Source: a virus
Strand: one strand, 5' to 3'
IMG/VR virus record: IMGVR_UViG_3300021197_001203
Location: 32,001-96,000 of that record
Length of the DNA: 64,000 bases
Below, piece after piece: positions 8,094 through 17,000 of this stretch. The position numbers and the translations under genes were made by a program. The notes below the pieces were generated by a model. The model did no database searches. It worked only from the letters and a program-made list of their open reading frames with translations, and was not told the origin of the DNA. Within the stretch, counting starts at the first letter, position 1. Each line of letters starts with the position of its first letter.

Positions 8094-9551
8094 TCATGAG
8101 GCAATCATCCTCGCATACCACGGCATTTGTTCTAATTCACTTGGAGGAACTACCCAGCGTGTCATGTCGCCTTCTCCACCCTGACCTCTAAATTGATGGA
8201 GATTGTTTTTGTTTGCTAAGTTCCTAGCCAAATTAGACCCTCTTTCAACCCCCTCGTACCCTTTGTCAGCGATAAATTGTTCCATAAAATTAGATGTGAC
8301 TCCGGGGACATTTGACACTACTAAAGATTCAGGCTTGATTGCTTTGCCCGCTGTTTTCTGACTCCCAGCTCTATTTACCTGAGCGTTCTGAAGCTTGTCG
8401 TGTCGAGCCATCAATATACTCAGGGGCAAACCACGCTCATTTATTGCATCTATAACTGGTTTTGTTGCGCTATTGTAAGTAAATGTGGGTGTCCCCTGTT
8501 CAGCCAACTCTTTGTGTTTGTCATAAACATCACCAGTCAATTCATCTGACCATACGTGCTGACCTTTTTCGCCTCCGCCATAAGGGGGGTCTTGGCCTAC
8601 TATATCTTTGTCAGCTGCAATATCAGCCCTGTCATAAAAATCACTAAAGTCATCGTTTGTAAATGCCCAGTTTTCCATTATCTTAGACCACGGACTAACA
8701 TCCCACGGGTCCATCTCTAAGTTCCCTCCACCTGAGAAAAGATTCAGACCCTGAGCTGAAAAGATAGGACCTGTTTCAAGATCAGACCTACCAAACTTCC
8801 TGTCCCCGGTTTCGGCTTCAAGAAAATCAGCAGCTCTTTGTGCATAGGAGGGAGTCAATTTACCCCCAGCATAGGACTGTTTTGCCCCCGGTGCCGAATT
8901 AACAAGACCCCTACTATTTGTCCTCCAAATACTGTTATAGACTCCCCTACTTAACCCCAAAATATTTCTCATCAATTCCTGTTTTTCTTGGGTACTAAGA
9001 TTTCCTGAACGATAATCGGGTAATTTTTGATTTACCGTTGCTCTTAATTCATTGACCCTTTGGGGCATATATACCCCATCTTCAAATACAGAATTAGGAT
9101 TTAGTTTTCTAGCCTCTTCTATATCCGCAGCTGTAATTTCAGGTAGCGTGTGCAACAACTCAGAACCTTGATTCGGCGAAGAAAACAAACGAGGCTCATC
9201 ACCTACTCTATACAAAATATCTTTTGGATCGAATGCTAATGCTTCGGGGTTATCTCTCATCATTTCATTCATATCAACTAAAAGCTGGTCCTTATCATTA
9301 CCAAAATAACCCTCTTCAGCTCTAACCGCTAAGGGGACAGCCAAGCTACCCATAAACGGTTCAACCAATCTGCGGCCAGTGGTACCCCCGCCGCCTCTTC
9401 TTGACTTACCATACAGATAAGCATTGATCGCACGATACATCGGGTCGTCTTTGTTGCCAGCTACTTTGTAGGCTGGAGGCGCAGCTGTGTTATACTTCAG
9501 CGCGTTTAGAATCTGCTGCATAGCAGGATGGGATTTGCGAAGACTAGCCAT
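8094..9551 (-). CDS. Dam-like (D12 class) N6-adenine DNA methyltransferase
   Basis: YKVAGNK, LVEPFMGSLAV (motif I), ND, YN.IWRTNSRGLVN, DPPY (motif IV); start ATG 9551 after GGTGA. Confidence 0.8.
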   Translation of the reverse strand: MASLRKSHPAMQQILNALKYNTAAPPAYKVAGNKDDPMYRAINAYLYGKSRRGGGGTTGRRLVEPFMGSLAVPLAVRAEEGYFGNDKDQLLVDMNEMMRDNPEALAFDPKDILYRVGDEPRLFSSPNQGSELLHTLPEITAADIEEARKLNPNSVFEDGVYMPQRVNELRATVNQKLPDYRSGNLSTQEKQELMRNILGLSRGVYNSIWRTNSRGLVNSAPGAKQSYAGGKLTPSYAQRAADFLEAETGDRKFGRSDLETGPIFSAQGLNLFSGGGNLEMDPWDVSPWSKIMENWAFTNDDFSDFYDRADIAADKDIVGQDPPYGGGEKGQHVWSDELTGDVYDKHKELAEQGTPTFTYNSATKPVIDAINERGLPLSILMARHDKLQNAQVNRAGSQKTAGKAIKPESLVVSNVPGVTSNFMEQFIADKGYEGVERGSNLARNLANKNNLHQFRGQGGEGDMTRWVVPPSELEQMPWYARMIAS

Positions 9552-9553
9552 GA

Positions 9554-10444
9554 TCACCACTGTGGTTTCCCATAGGGTTTTACCCATTTTTCACAAGTCG
9601 TACAATATTTGTCATTCCATTCCCCTCTTGCTAGATTTAGATTGCCATCGCAATATGGACAAGTTTTTTGCTGCCTTTTGGAAATTATGGAAAATGATTT
9701 ACGAAGTTTTCTTTTATTATCCATCATTTGATGGTATCTAGCCAAAGCGGGATGCCACTGCGCCCTTGCTAAAGGATTCGGGTTCGGCATCAAACGTCTA
9801 TCATCCACAGCTGCATTTATGCCCATTCTTGCTAAATGCTGGTCCTGTTCCAATTTCCTGTCTCGTTTTCCTGAAGAATCCGTTATAGGGTCAATCTCAC
9901 CCAAAGTCGCTGCATATTCCTCTTGGTAATCATCTAACCTCTCTTCTTGAGATATTCCCGAAGAAGATAATGCCTGATGTATTGCCTCATGAGAAGCTAT
10001 CTCATTCATCCGGCTACCCCAACTAATGTCCTCATCCTCAGTCAAATCTCGGTCTAAGTCATCAATATTTTCCATTCCTAATATCTGAGCTAATACCTTT
10101 TCAGGATGGTTTCTAGCTGAATAAGGGCCTCTCCACTTGAGGGGGGCATAATTATCGCCACGCTCATTTGTCGCAATTCCGGTTTCTTTTAACCGTCTAA
10201 GCGGGCCAGCACTTGTTGTTTGACCTAAAGCACCCCCATGAGGTGCCTCTTCGCCCCAATCATCTAAGTAATCAGAAGTCCCTATTCTTGATTCAAGTTC
10301 TTCTTCTGAAGGGTCTCTTGTTGACGTTTCCCAATTGCTAGTCGTCAACGTGCTGGGTGCAGGAAAGCCAAATCTTGTCGGTGTTCTAGGATATGAAATC
10401 CTTGCCTTTACCAACTCCCAAGAGCTATCAAAGGCATCCGCCAT
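9554..10444 (-). CDS. leader-tagged zincin metallopeptidase-like protein with C-terminal Zn ribbon
   Basis: MADAFDSSWELVK; HEAIH..EEY; CPYC..CTTC. Confidence 0.65.
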   Translation of the reverse strand: MADAFDSSWELVKARISYPRTPTRFGFPAPSTLTTSNWETSTRDPSEEELESRIGTSDYLDDWGEEAPHGGALGQTTSAGPLRRLKETGIATNERGDNYAPLKWRGPYSARNHPEKVLAQILGMENIDDLDRDLTEDEDISWGSRMNEIASHEAIHQALSSSGISQEERLDDYQEEYAATLGEIDPITDSSGKRDRKLEQDQHLARMGINAAVDDRRLMPNPNPLARAQWHPALARYHQMMDNKRKLRKSFSIISKRQQKTCPYCDGNLNLARGEWNDKYCTTCEKWVKPYGKPQW

Positions 10445-10450
10445 GTATGT

Positions 10451-10621
10451 TCACTCTTTACCATCCTTCTTTTGCTTTACCATTATCTCGGTCCAAGCAT
10501 GACTATGTAAATCGTCCATCAGCTTACGTTGTGTTTCTAAATAATCACGCCATATCGGTTTCCGATTAGACTTCTCCATTTCCTCTAATTGAATATCCCA
10601 ATACTCTTCGGTCATACTCAT
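10451..10621 (-). CDS. small hypothetical protein (MSMTEEYW...)
   Basis: ORF track entry; start moved to ATG 10621 just after the upstream stop. Confidence 0.6.
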   Translation of the reverse strand: MSMTEEYWDIQLEEMEKSNRKPIWRDYLETQRKLMDDLHSHAWTEIMVKQKKDGKE

Positions 10622-10622
10622 A

Positions 10623-10706
10623 TTACTCTTCCCAATCTTCAAATGATTCTGTCATAAATGCTTGCCACATTTTACAAGCACCATTGTGATGTTTTCTATC
10701 TTTCAT
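10623..10706 (-). CDS. 27-aa micropeptide MKDRKHHNGACKMWQAFMTESFEDWEE
   Basis: GGAGG RBS; ATGA overlap with the upstream peptide. Confidence 0.55.
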   Translation of the reverse strand: MKDRKHHNGACKMWQAFMTESFEDWEE

Positions 10707-10786
10707 TGTATTCCTCCTTTTCTAGTTGCTACCCAAAACCAAAAGGTATGAGAAACCGACCAAAACCACTTATCTAGCTTGCTCAT
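10703..10786 (-). CDS. 27-aa Trp-rich micropeptide MSKLDKWFWSVSHTFWFWVATRKGGIQ
   Basis: GAGG RBS; ATGA overlap with the next ORF. Confidence 0.5.
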   Translation of the reverse strand: MSKLDKWFWSVSHTFWFWVATRKGGIQ

Positions 10787-10966
10787 TGTTTGCCTCATCG
10801 ATCAAAGTAAGGGTGAGGTGGCATATTTGCGTGGCGACAATTACAAAGAATGTATTGACATAAAACATCGCCATTTCCAATTTTATTGGTTGAGAAACTA
10901 TGCTTTCTAGTATCACGGTCTCCAACATGGTGTAAAAATTACACCGATTGTATTAATCTTTTTTGG

Positions 10967-11191
10967 TTATTTTTTCCAAAATCTATCCTCTAATTGCCTT
11001 TTCTCTCTTAACCGCTTCCTTGCTGCGGCCTTTGCACGACCCCTGCCAGCAGTACCGTCTCTCCTACGCTGGCTCTTTTCCTTGAGATAACATTTACCAC
11101 ACATACGCTGAAGCTCACTGGTCTGTTCACCGATCCCATTTGCCCTGCGATTAAACTCTCCACAGGTCGGACATCGGCGGGCCGAAGACAT
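10967..11191 (-). CDS. basic Zn-finger protein
   Basis: CPTC..CGKC followed by an Arg/Lys-rich tail. Confidence 0.6.
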   Translation of the reverse strand: MSSARRCPTCGEFNRRANGIGEQTSELQRMCGKCYLKEKSQRRRDGTAGRGRAKAAARKRLREKRQLEDRFWKK

Positions 11192-11221
11192 AAATCGAAT
11201 AAAAAGTGTTAATTATTTAAC

Positions 11222-11404
11222 TTAACGGCTTTTTTTGTCGCTTTGAACTTGAACTCGCACATCTTGTGCGGTTCCCTTGATAGATTGCATAGCCACACGA
11301 ACTCTTGTTCCAGCTGCGCCATTACCTCTATCGTGCTTCTCAGCATCTGCGAGGGCGTTTTCTAGTTTTGTCATCATTCCTTTGATCATATCTGCAACAG
11401 ACAT
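11222..11404 (-). CDS. Hc1-like (histone H1-like protein N-terminal domain) small protein
   Basis: DAEKHDRGNGAAGTRVRVAMQSIK matches the Hc1 GNxAAxxRxR signature; leaderless start with a TATA-like element upstream. Confidence 0.7.
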   Translation of the reverse strand: MSVADMIKGMMTKLENALADAEKHDRGNGAAGTRVRVAMQSIKGTAQDVRVQVQSDKKSR

Positions 11405-11479
11405 GACACGGGTGCGAATCCTGTTAGTTATAACAATTGTTGTGAAATAAGGGCATATACCCCCTATTTAGAGGTATAA

Positions 11480-12097
11480 TTAGCAATTCCATCTATCAAG
11501 AGCTGCGCCCTTTGGTGTTTTCTTGCCTTCTTTGCTGGTTGGACCCTTAACCCCACCCATTCTAGCGCAGAATGATTTACGCCTCTTTGCCTTCTTACTG
11601 TCAGGGTTGAGGGTTGATGGCTTCTCGGTCACTGGTGGTTTCAGGTTAGCACCTTCTTCACGCTTTGCTTTAGCTCGACCCTTAGCATTCAATCCACCTT
11701 CTTTGCTGTGTTTGTTAGGATTGTAGCCATGAAACGGTTTGTCATCCTTTTTCTCAAGAATATTATTGATCGAAACACAAATACCACAATTACAGGTTTT
11801 AGTCAGCTTGTCCCAGTTCTTCTTGTCAGGGTAGTCCTTGTCTCCGGGTTTAGCTGCCTTCTCGCCTCTTTTCTTTTTGGCGTGAACATTATCCCAAAGA
11901 CCACGTTTGCCTTTATCCATGTAAGTCATACTCTTTTCGATTTCATCCTCCTGATTTGCTGAAACACAAGTATAACAACTGTGTTTACCCAAATCATCCA
12001 TACCGTGAGCAGGGTCGCCACAATAATGACAATCAGGGCCTTCTCCCTCATACGGCCATTCTTTCAAGACACCCCAAGCCTTGTCGAATGCGGTCAT
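11480..12097 (-). CDS. leader-tagged multi-module basic protein with C-terminal DUF6321-like domain
   Basis: MTAFDKAWGVLK; CHYC..CYTC; GLWDNVHAKKKRGEK; GGLNAKGR..LKPPV..RRKSFCARM..WNC. Confidence 0.75.
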   Translation of the reverse strand: MTAFDKAWGVLKEWPYEGEGPDCHYCGDPAHGMDDLGKHSCYTCVSANQEDEIEKSMTYMDKGKRGLWDNVHAKKKRGEKAAKPGDKDYPDKKNWDKLTKTCNCGICVSINNILEKKDDKPFHGYNPNKHSKEGGLNAKGRAKAKREEGANLKPPVTEKPSTLNPDSKKAKRRKSFCARMGGVKGPTSKEGKKTPKGAALDRWNC

Positions 12098-12468
12098 TCC
12101 ATGTCCTCCGGCATACCATTATTGAAAAATCCCTGTAATATGTTCTGAAGGTAGGTATCAGCAGCAGCATCGTCATCTTGGTATTCATTATTCAATTCTG
12201 AGATACCCGTTTCTTGTTCTGATAATGAAGGCCCGTGATCTGCACAATAATATCCTGTGTCGCTACCAAAAAGCCCTTCCCATGAGGCTATATCGCCACA
12301 ACCGGGATGCTCACACATGGGATAATCCTCGTCATCATAATCATTACTGTCAATTTTGAACCATGATGGTGTTTTTTGATTCCACGGCAGGGGACCACCC
12401 TCATCATCGTGAGTCCTCCCTTCGATTGTGTTTTTCACCAAATCCCATGCTTCATCAAATGCGGTCAT
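12094..12468 (-). CDS. leader-tagged acidic Zn-finger protein
   Basis: True start ATG 12468 (MTAFDEAWDLVK); CEHPGC..YCADH. Confidence 0.8.
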   Translation of the reverse strand: MTAFDEAWDLVKNTIEGRTHDDEGGPLPWNQKTPSWFKIDSNDYDDEDYPMCEHPGCGDIASWEGLFGSDTGYYCADHGPSLSEQETGISELNNEYQDDDAAADTYLQNILQGFFNNGMPEDME

Positions 12469-12469
12469 C

Positions 12470-12757
12470 TTACTCAATCCTTCCTCGATCCTTGTAGCAC
12501 CCTTTACAAAAGGCATTACCTTGCTTTGATTCGTAGCTTATGTTTTCATCGTTAAACTCTTTACCGCACAGCTGGCATTCATTACCTGCATAGCCGCCCG
12601 GACCCATCTTGACAATGTTCCAAGCTCGGTCAAAAGATTTCTTTACGTCTTTCGCAGCATAACAAGGACACTTAGGCTCAGTCTTAGAGCATTTCATGAT
12701 GCCCTGCTTCATACAAGCACAAGGGTTAGACTTGGTGGCCCCGCAACAGCAGCCCAC
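12470..12757 (-). CDS. Cys-rich (metallothionein-like) protein with an internal leader motif
   Basis: MGCCCG..CAC..C..CPC then KSFDRAWNIVK then CQLC..CKGC. Confidence 0.7.
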   Translation of the reverse strand: MGCCCGATKSNPCACMKQGIMKCSKTEPKCPCYAAKDVKKSFDRAWNIVKMGPGGYAGNECQLCGKEFNDENISYESKQGNAFCKGCYKDRGRIE

Positions 12758-13162
12758 TTACATCAAGCCTCGTAGCATATCCATGAGCTTAATTTTGTCA
12801 AGAGTCCCATAAATGTCTTCACCTTCGTAATCACCCATGAAATCAGGGGCTAGTGGTTCGTATGGACCGCCTTCATAATGTCGGTCGAATAATTCAGACA
12901 TATCAGGACGGTCTTTCGTATATTGAGCGTAAGGACCCGCTTCGGTCCCATCATATCCTATATCTCGATAAACTTCAGGGTCTGACATCAACATTTCAAT
13001 CATAGGAACCATACTAGCTGGTACTTCCATAGTCACCATCCCTCCTTCTATGTCTTGGGCTATTGATTGTTGATCTGCAAAAACATCTTCATCTGTTCTG
13101 CTTAACTCTTTATTAACGACATTCCAGCTTTGCTCAAAAACAAAATCTTCGGCATCCGACAT
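12758..13162 (-). CDS. acidic hypothetical protein with a degenerate leader (MSDAEDFVFEQSWNVVNK)
   Basis: Start reassigned to ATG 13162; the upstream extension in the track is non-coding A-tract DNA. Confidence 0.7.
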   Translation of the reverse strand: MSDAEDFVFEQSWNVVNKELSRTDEDVFADQQSIAQDIEGGMVTMEVPASMVPMIEMLMSDPEVYRDIGYDGTEAGPYAQYTKDRPDMSELFDRHYEGGPYEPLAPDFMGDYEGEDIYGTLDKIKLMDMLRGLM

Positions 13163-13189
13163 ATCACACGCCACGGTACCATCGTTAAT

Positions 13190-13945
13190 AGAATTGTCGA
13201 AAAAAAATACCCCGAAAAAAAATACCCGAATATACTCCAAAAACACAGGTTTTTTCGATCAAAATGCCACCATGACAGCCCTGACAAAAAAATATCAGAA
13301 AAATCGCCGAGCTGCGTATGCGGTGAGGCGGGCGCAGCCCGCCAAAAAAAAAAAAAATATCGGCACCGAAGCCTAGCCATTGCTCAATGGGTGTGGCGGG
13401 CTAACCACCATTCACCAATGCCATTGCCCAGCCCCATTCAATAGCTAAACCCATTCGATCAGACCAGCTTGAGAACACATTGGTGAATGGCTGGGCTGAA
13501 ACGCCCAGCAACACACCCATTCAAGCCTAAATCTAGGGCTATTGACGGCTATCTGAGGCCATTCACGCCCATCCAGCCCACCGTATATCATTCGGGCTGG
13601 TTGCATTGGTCAATGAGGCCACATTGACACGCCATTCACCCATTCGCCAATCCCATTGACCAATGCCCAGCCAAAGCGCAGATGTTCGTGATATAATGAA
13701 AGTGGGTTATTGGGATAGGTGTCTTAGGTTGGCTGGACGAAAAGAGCATACTGCGGGCTTATCGAGACACGTATGACACGATGGACAGACACAATATACT
13801 ACTTTTACAAAGAACGATTTAATTATACTCTGATTTAGAGTATTATAGAGAGGCTGTCCAGTGTCCAACGTGGGTTTTGTCCTATGTTATCGATGTCTGT
13901 TAGAAACAGCCTAGAAAGGGGTGTTTAGGCTGGTTTGACCAACAG
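13190..13945. other. non-coding divergence region with A-tracts, iterated CCATT motifs and inverted repeats; candidate genome end/packaging site or origin
   Basis: No credible ORF; strand switch; about 10 NCCATT copies at 13376-13660; inverted repeats flanking an AT-rich core. Confidence 0.55.
13198..13227 (+). repeat. tandem 15-bp direct repeat CGAAAAAAAATACCC x2
   Basis: Read directly. Confidence 0.85.
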
Positions 13946-13948
13946 TGC

Positions 13949-13997
13949 TTAAGTAGGGTGTTCAACCCCGTAGGGGTATGTAGTCCGATGTGGCTAC
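13949..13997 (+). promoter_or_regulatory. early promoter class A (TTAAGTAGGGTG) plus 5' hairpin
   Basis: Motif recurs at 20859, 26502 and 27807 upstream of plus-strand operons. Confidence 0.6.
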
Positions 13998-14018
13998 GAT
14001 TAAATGGAAGTGTAAAAT

Positions 14019-17000
14019 ATGAGTATGACAGAAATAATGAATGTAATGAGAATGATACTAGGCAGTCTATTGCCTAGCGTATTCGGCCAAAAGGCTGGAT
14101 TAGAGATGACTGTAATGAGTGAGGCTAGAATCGGTGAAGCTGCCGATCAATTATACCACACCGATTTAGTGCTAATACAACAAGAACTACGCACATTATC
14201 GCACGTTGTTATCACCAATGAGTGGACTGGTGAACACCCAAAGAGAACCGATATGACACATGGTCTTGAAGCACAAATGAAAGTGGACAGATTAATCAAA
14301 GCGTCAGCAACACTAGAGACATACGCAAATGGCTGTGAATGTATCGAATGTAAGTTTGTAGTAGCAAAGGAGATGCCTAGCCTAAAGAATGTAGTATTAG
14401 GGACACCAGTGTCCTCATTCACATGGACAGGGACAGGTATGGTCGAAGAGGCCATTACACCTGACCCAGCACTAGAATTAGATGTGCCTATTACAGAAGA
14501 TGAAATTAGGTATCACATGAAGAAGTGGAACGGTGTAATACGGTCAACCTTCGTATGGCAACACAAAATGAATGCTGCTGAATTGATCGAAGATTTGCGT
14601 AAAGCGTCTTATCCTGCGGCTGGATATGAACCGACCTATGTTGGTGGTGGCAGTGATGCAGAACACGATTGGGTTGAGGCTAACTATAATTTCGATTCAG
14701 AATATGATAGAGAAAAGAATCGAATGAATGCTTCAATGGTAGTAGTGAATGAGGCTAGAACTGCAAATGGGTATAACCTCGATAGGGATAGGACAATACA
14801 CGATGTTCAGCCAGTAGTTAAGTCAATGAAAGAAGTGGAGGGCTGGACACAAGAGATGCTCTATATTATTATCCGTGATAGCACAAACGCATCTGATCGA
14901 GTGGAGGCGGCTGAAATGCTTGTTGAGCTAAAACAGAAGCAATTACACAGCTATCTGAAAGACAACCTAAAACCATCTGTCTTTAGAGCCGTGGATTTTG
15001 TTATTGGTTGTATGCCTAGCGACCTAGATTTGAACACGACAGTGGTGCAGGAATCCCGTGTTAATGATGAAGAACTTAGAGGCTTTCAAGACTATCGCAT
15101 GGGTGCAACACATCAGGCTACTGATGGTCTATACTATGAGACACCATTAGATGAATGCCTGTGGCAGATTCTTGACCGAGAAGATGTGGAGGCTAATTGT
15201 GGCTTAGAAGAGGGTGAAATAACCGAAGCGGCTTGGAAACAATTTCTTGCGTTGCATAAGGATGCCTTCGCTAGTGCGGTTTGTGCGTTGGCTTCGGAAT
15301 ATTACAATGATTATCATACACCAAAAGATGACTTGAGCGATACAGTAGTGCAGGAATCAAGAACTAGAATGTCATATATGTTCAAAGAAGGAGATGAATA
15401 TCCAGTCTCAGTGGCAAATAAATCTCAAGCTCACAAAATGCTTGTTCATATGATTGCTCATGCTTCGGGGGACGGCACACCTATTGCTATCGTTGTGGCC
15501 AACACATATGCAGATGAAGCCTTCGACATACCTATGGAAACTCCACATTCAGGAGATGAGTTATTGCATGGGACATATCAAGCAGTCAAAGAAGTTAGAG
15601 ACGGACAGAGCGTTCATGTTCAATTAAGTCGAGACGATGAAAGATTCGATCACACGACAGTAAAAACTAGCCATGTATGGGACAGGAGGACTTTGACTAA
15701 TTCAGACATTAACAGACTTAGAGAGCAATGGAATAGAGAGTTAGATGGTTTAGATTCAGACTCAAGATTCTTTCCTTATTCGATAACTGGTGCGAGGGCT
15801 GCTTCTAGCTTAATTGGCCAGCTTCTGACTAAAGCAGAAGATGATGATTATGGCGGTTCAGTAATGGTCAATGTTCTATGTGCCGAATACAAAGCAGAAC
15901 AGGTGTTGCGTGTGTATAATTTGAAAGATGAGTTTGGCGATCAGATTATGTCTCAAGCGGCTGGGTATAATCTCCCAATGACCGATGTAAGTCTGTTAGA
16001 GATGAGTCATTCAGTACCACTCATTGGTTATCGTGAGGCTAAAAATACCTTTATTTCATTAGATGGAGGTCGCTGGAGTCTTTCATGGGCTATTACTGGT
16101 AGTTATGATGATATGACTAATGAGTCGCCTAGAATAGAGATTAGCAACCATTACGTTATTGACAAATCAATTAGAGATTTGTGCGACCACATATTAACAC
16201 GAAAAGACAGTGGTCGCTTACTAACCACAGGACAGGTAAAGTCTGATGTGTTAGTCAAAGCCACAAGTAAAGAAAACACATATCTTGTTTCAGACCACCA
16301 GTTAAAGATAGTCAAGAAGGATTTGGCTGACCTTCGATCAGCCGCACAGCTCTCGCTAGATGACACAGTAGTCCATGAGGTTAGATTGGACATACCTGAT
16401 GAGCATTGGGACACACTGATGGAGACATTACTACTAGATACTGAAACAATGGCAATAGAGCCGTCTGAGAGGGACAGAATACGTGAGGCTTTGGATAGTG
16501 TCGAGACAGTCAATCCTTTCTTTGATAGAGGTCAATTGCATTGTGGATTTGATGTTCTTAAGAATCCACTTTACAGAATATCTCTTGCTGATGCGATTAA
16601 TGTATGTAAAGCAGGAGGATTAGTGTGGTTGGCTAATGAATCTCAAGATAACTATGGAGGGGAGGACAGCAGACACTATTCATACCCCGTTGAGAACCAT
16701 GAAGACCTATATGATTATGAAGATAGTGAAGAATTATTGATCGTATTAGAACCAATGTTTTACAATAAGCATGGTAATTTACTGGAGGGACATATACTAC
16801 CTAATTCTAAAGATGGTGTATGGAAGGTGTCATTGACTCTAGCTAGAGATGCGAGACATAGATTAGCTGATGAAACACACTTCGATGAAGAGCATATTGA
16901 AGGCGAAATTAAGTCATGGTTAGAGGACATAGACTACCGTGTCCTTGAGTGCGACATTATAGATGTATCAAACATCCCTAATGCTAACGATGGGGTCTAT

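Noticed and set aside
6375-12468. CRISPR array or attC-type integron cassettes
   Set aside because: The repeats are in-frame coding leaders separated by whole genes. They are not palindromic, and no cas or integrase gene is visible.
4323-13162. Leader as a Sec/Tat signal peptide
   Set aside because: No hydrophobic core or twin-Arg; the motif is short, amphipathic and also occurs internally.
13102-13444. ORFs 13102..13380, 13130..13444, 13194..13376 and the 13163-13246 extension
   Set aside because: Poly-Lys/Phe translations of A-tract DNA with no RBS; treated as non-coding.
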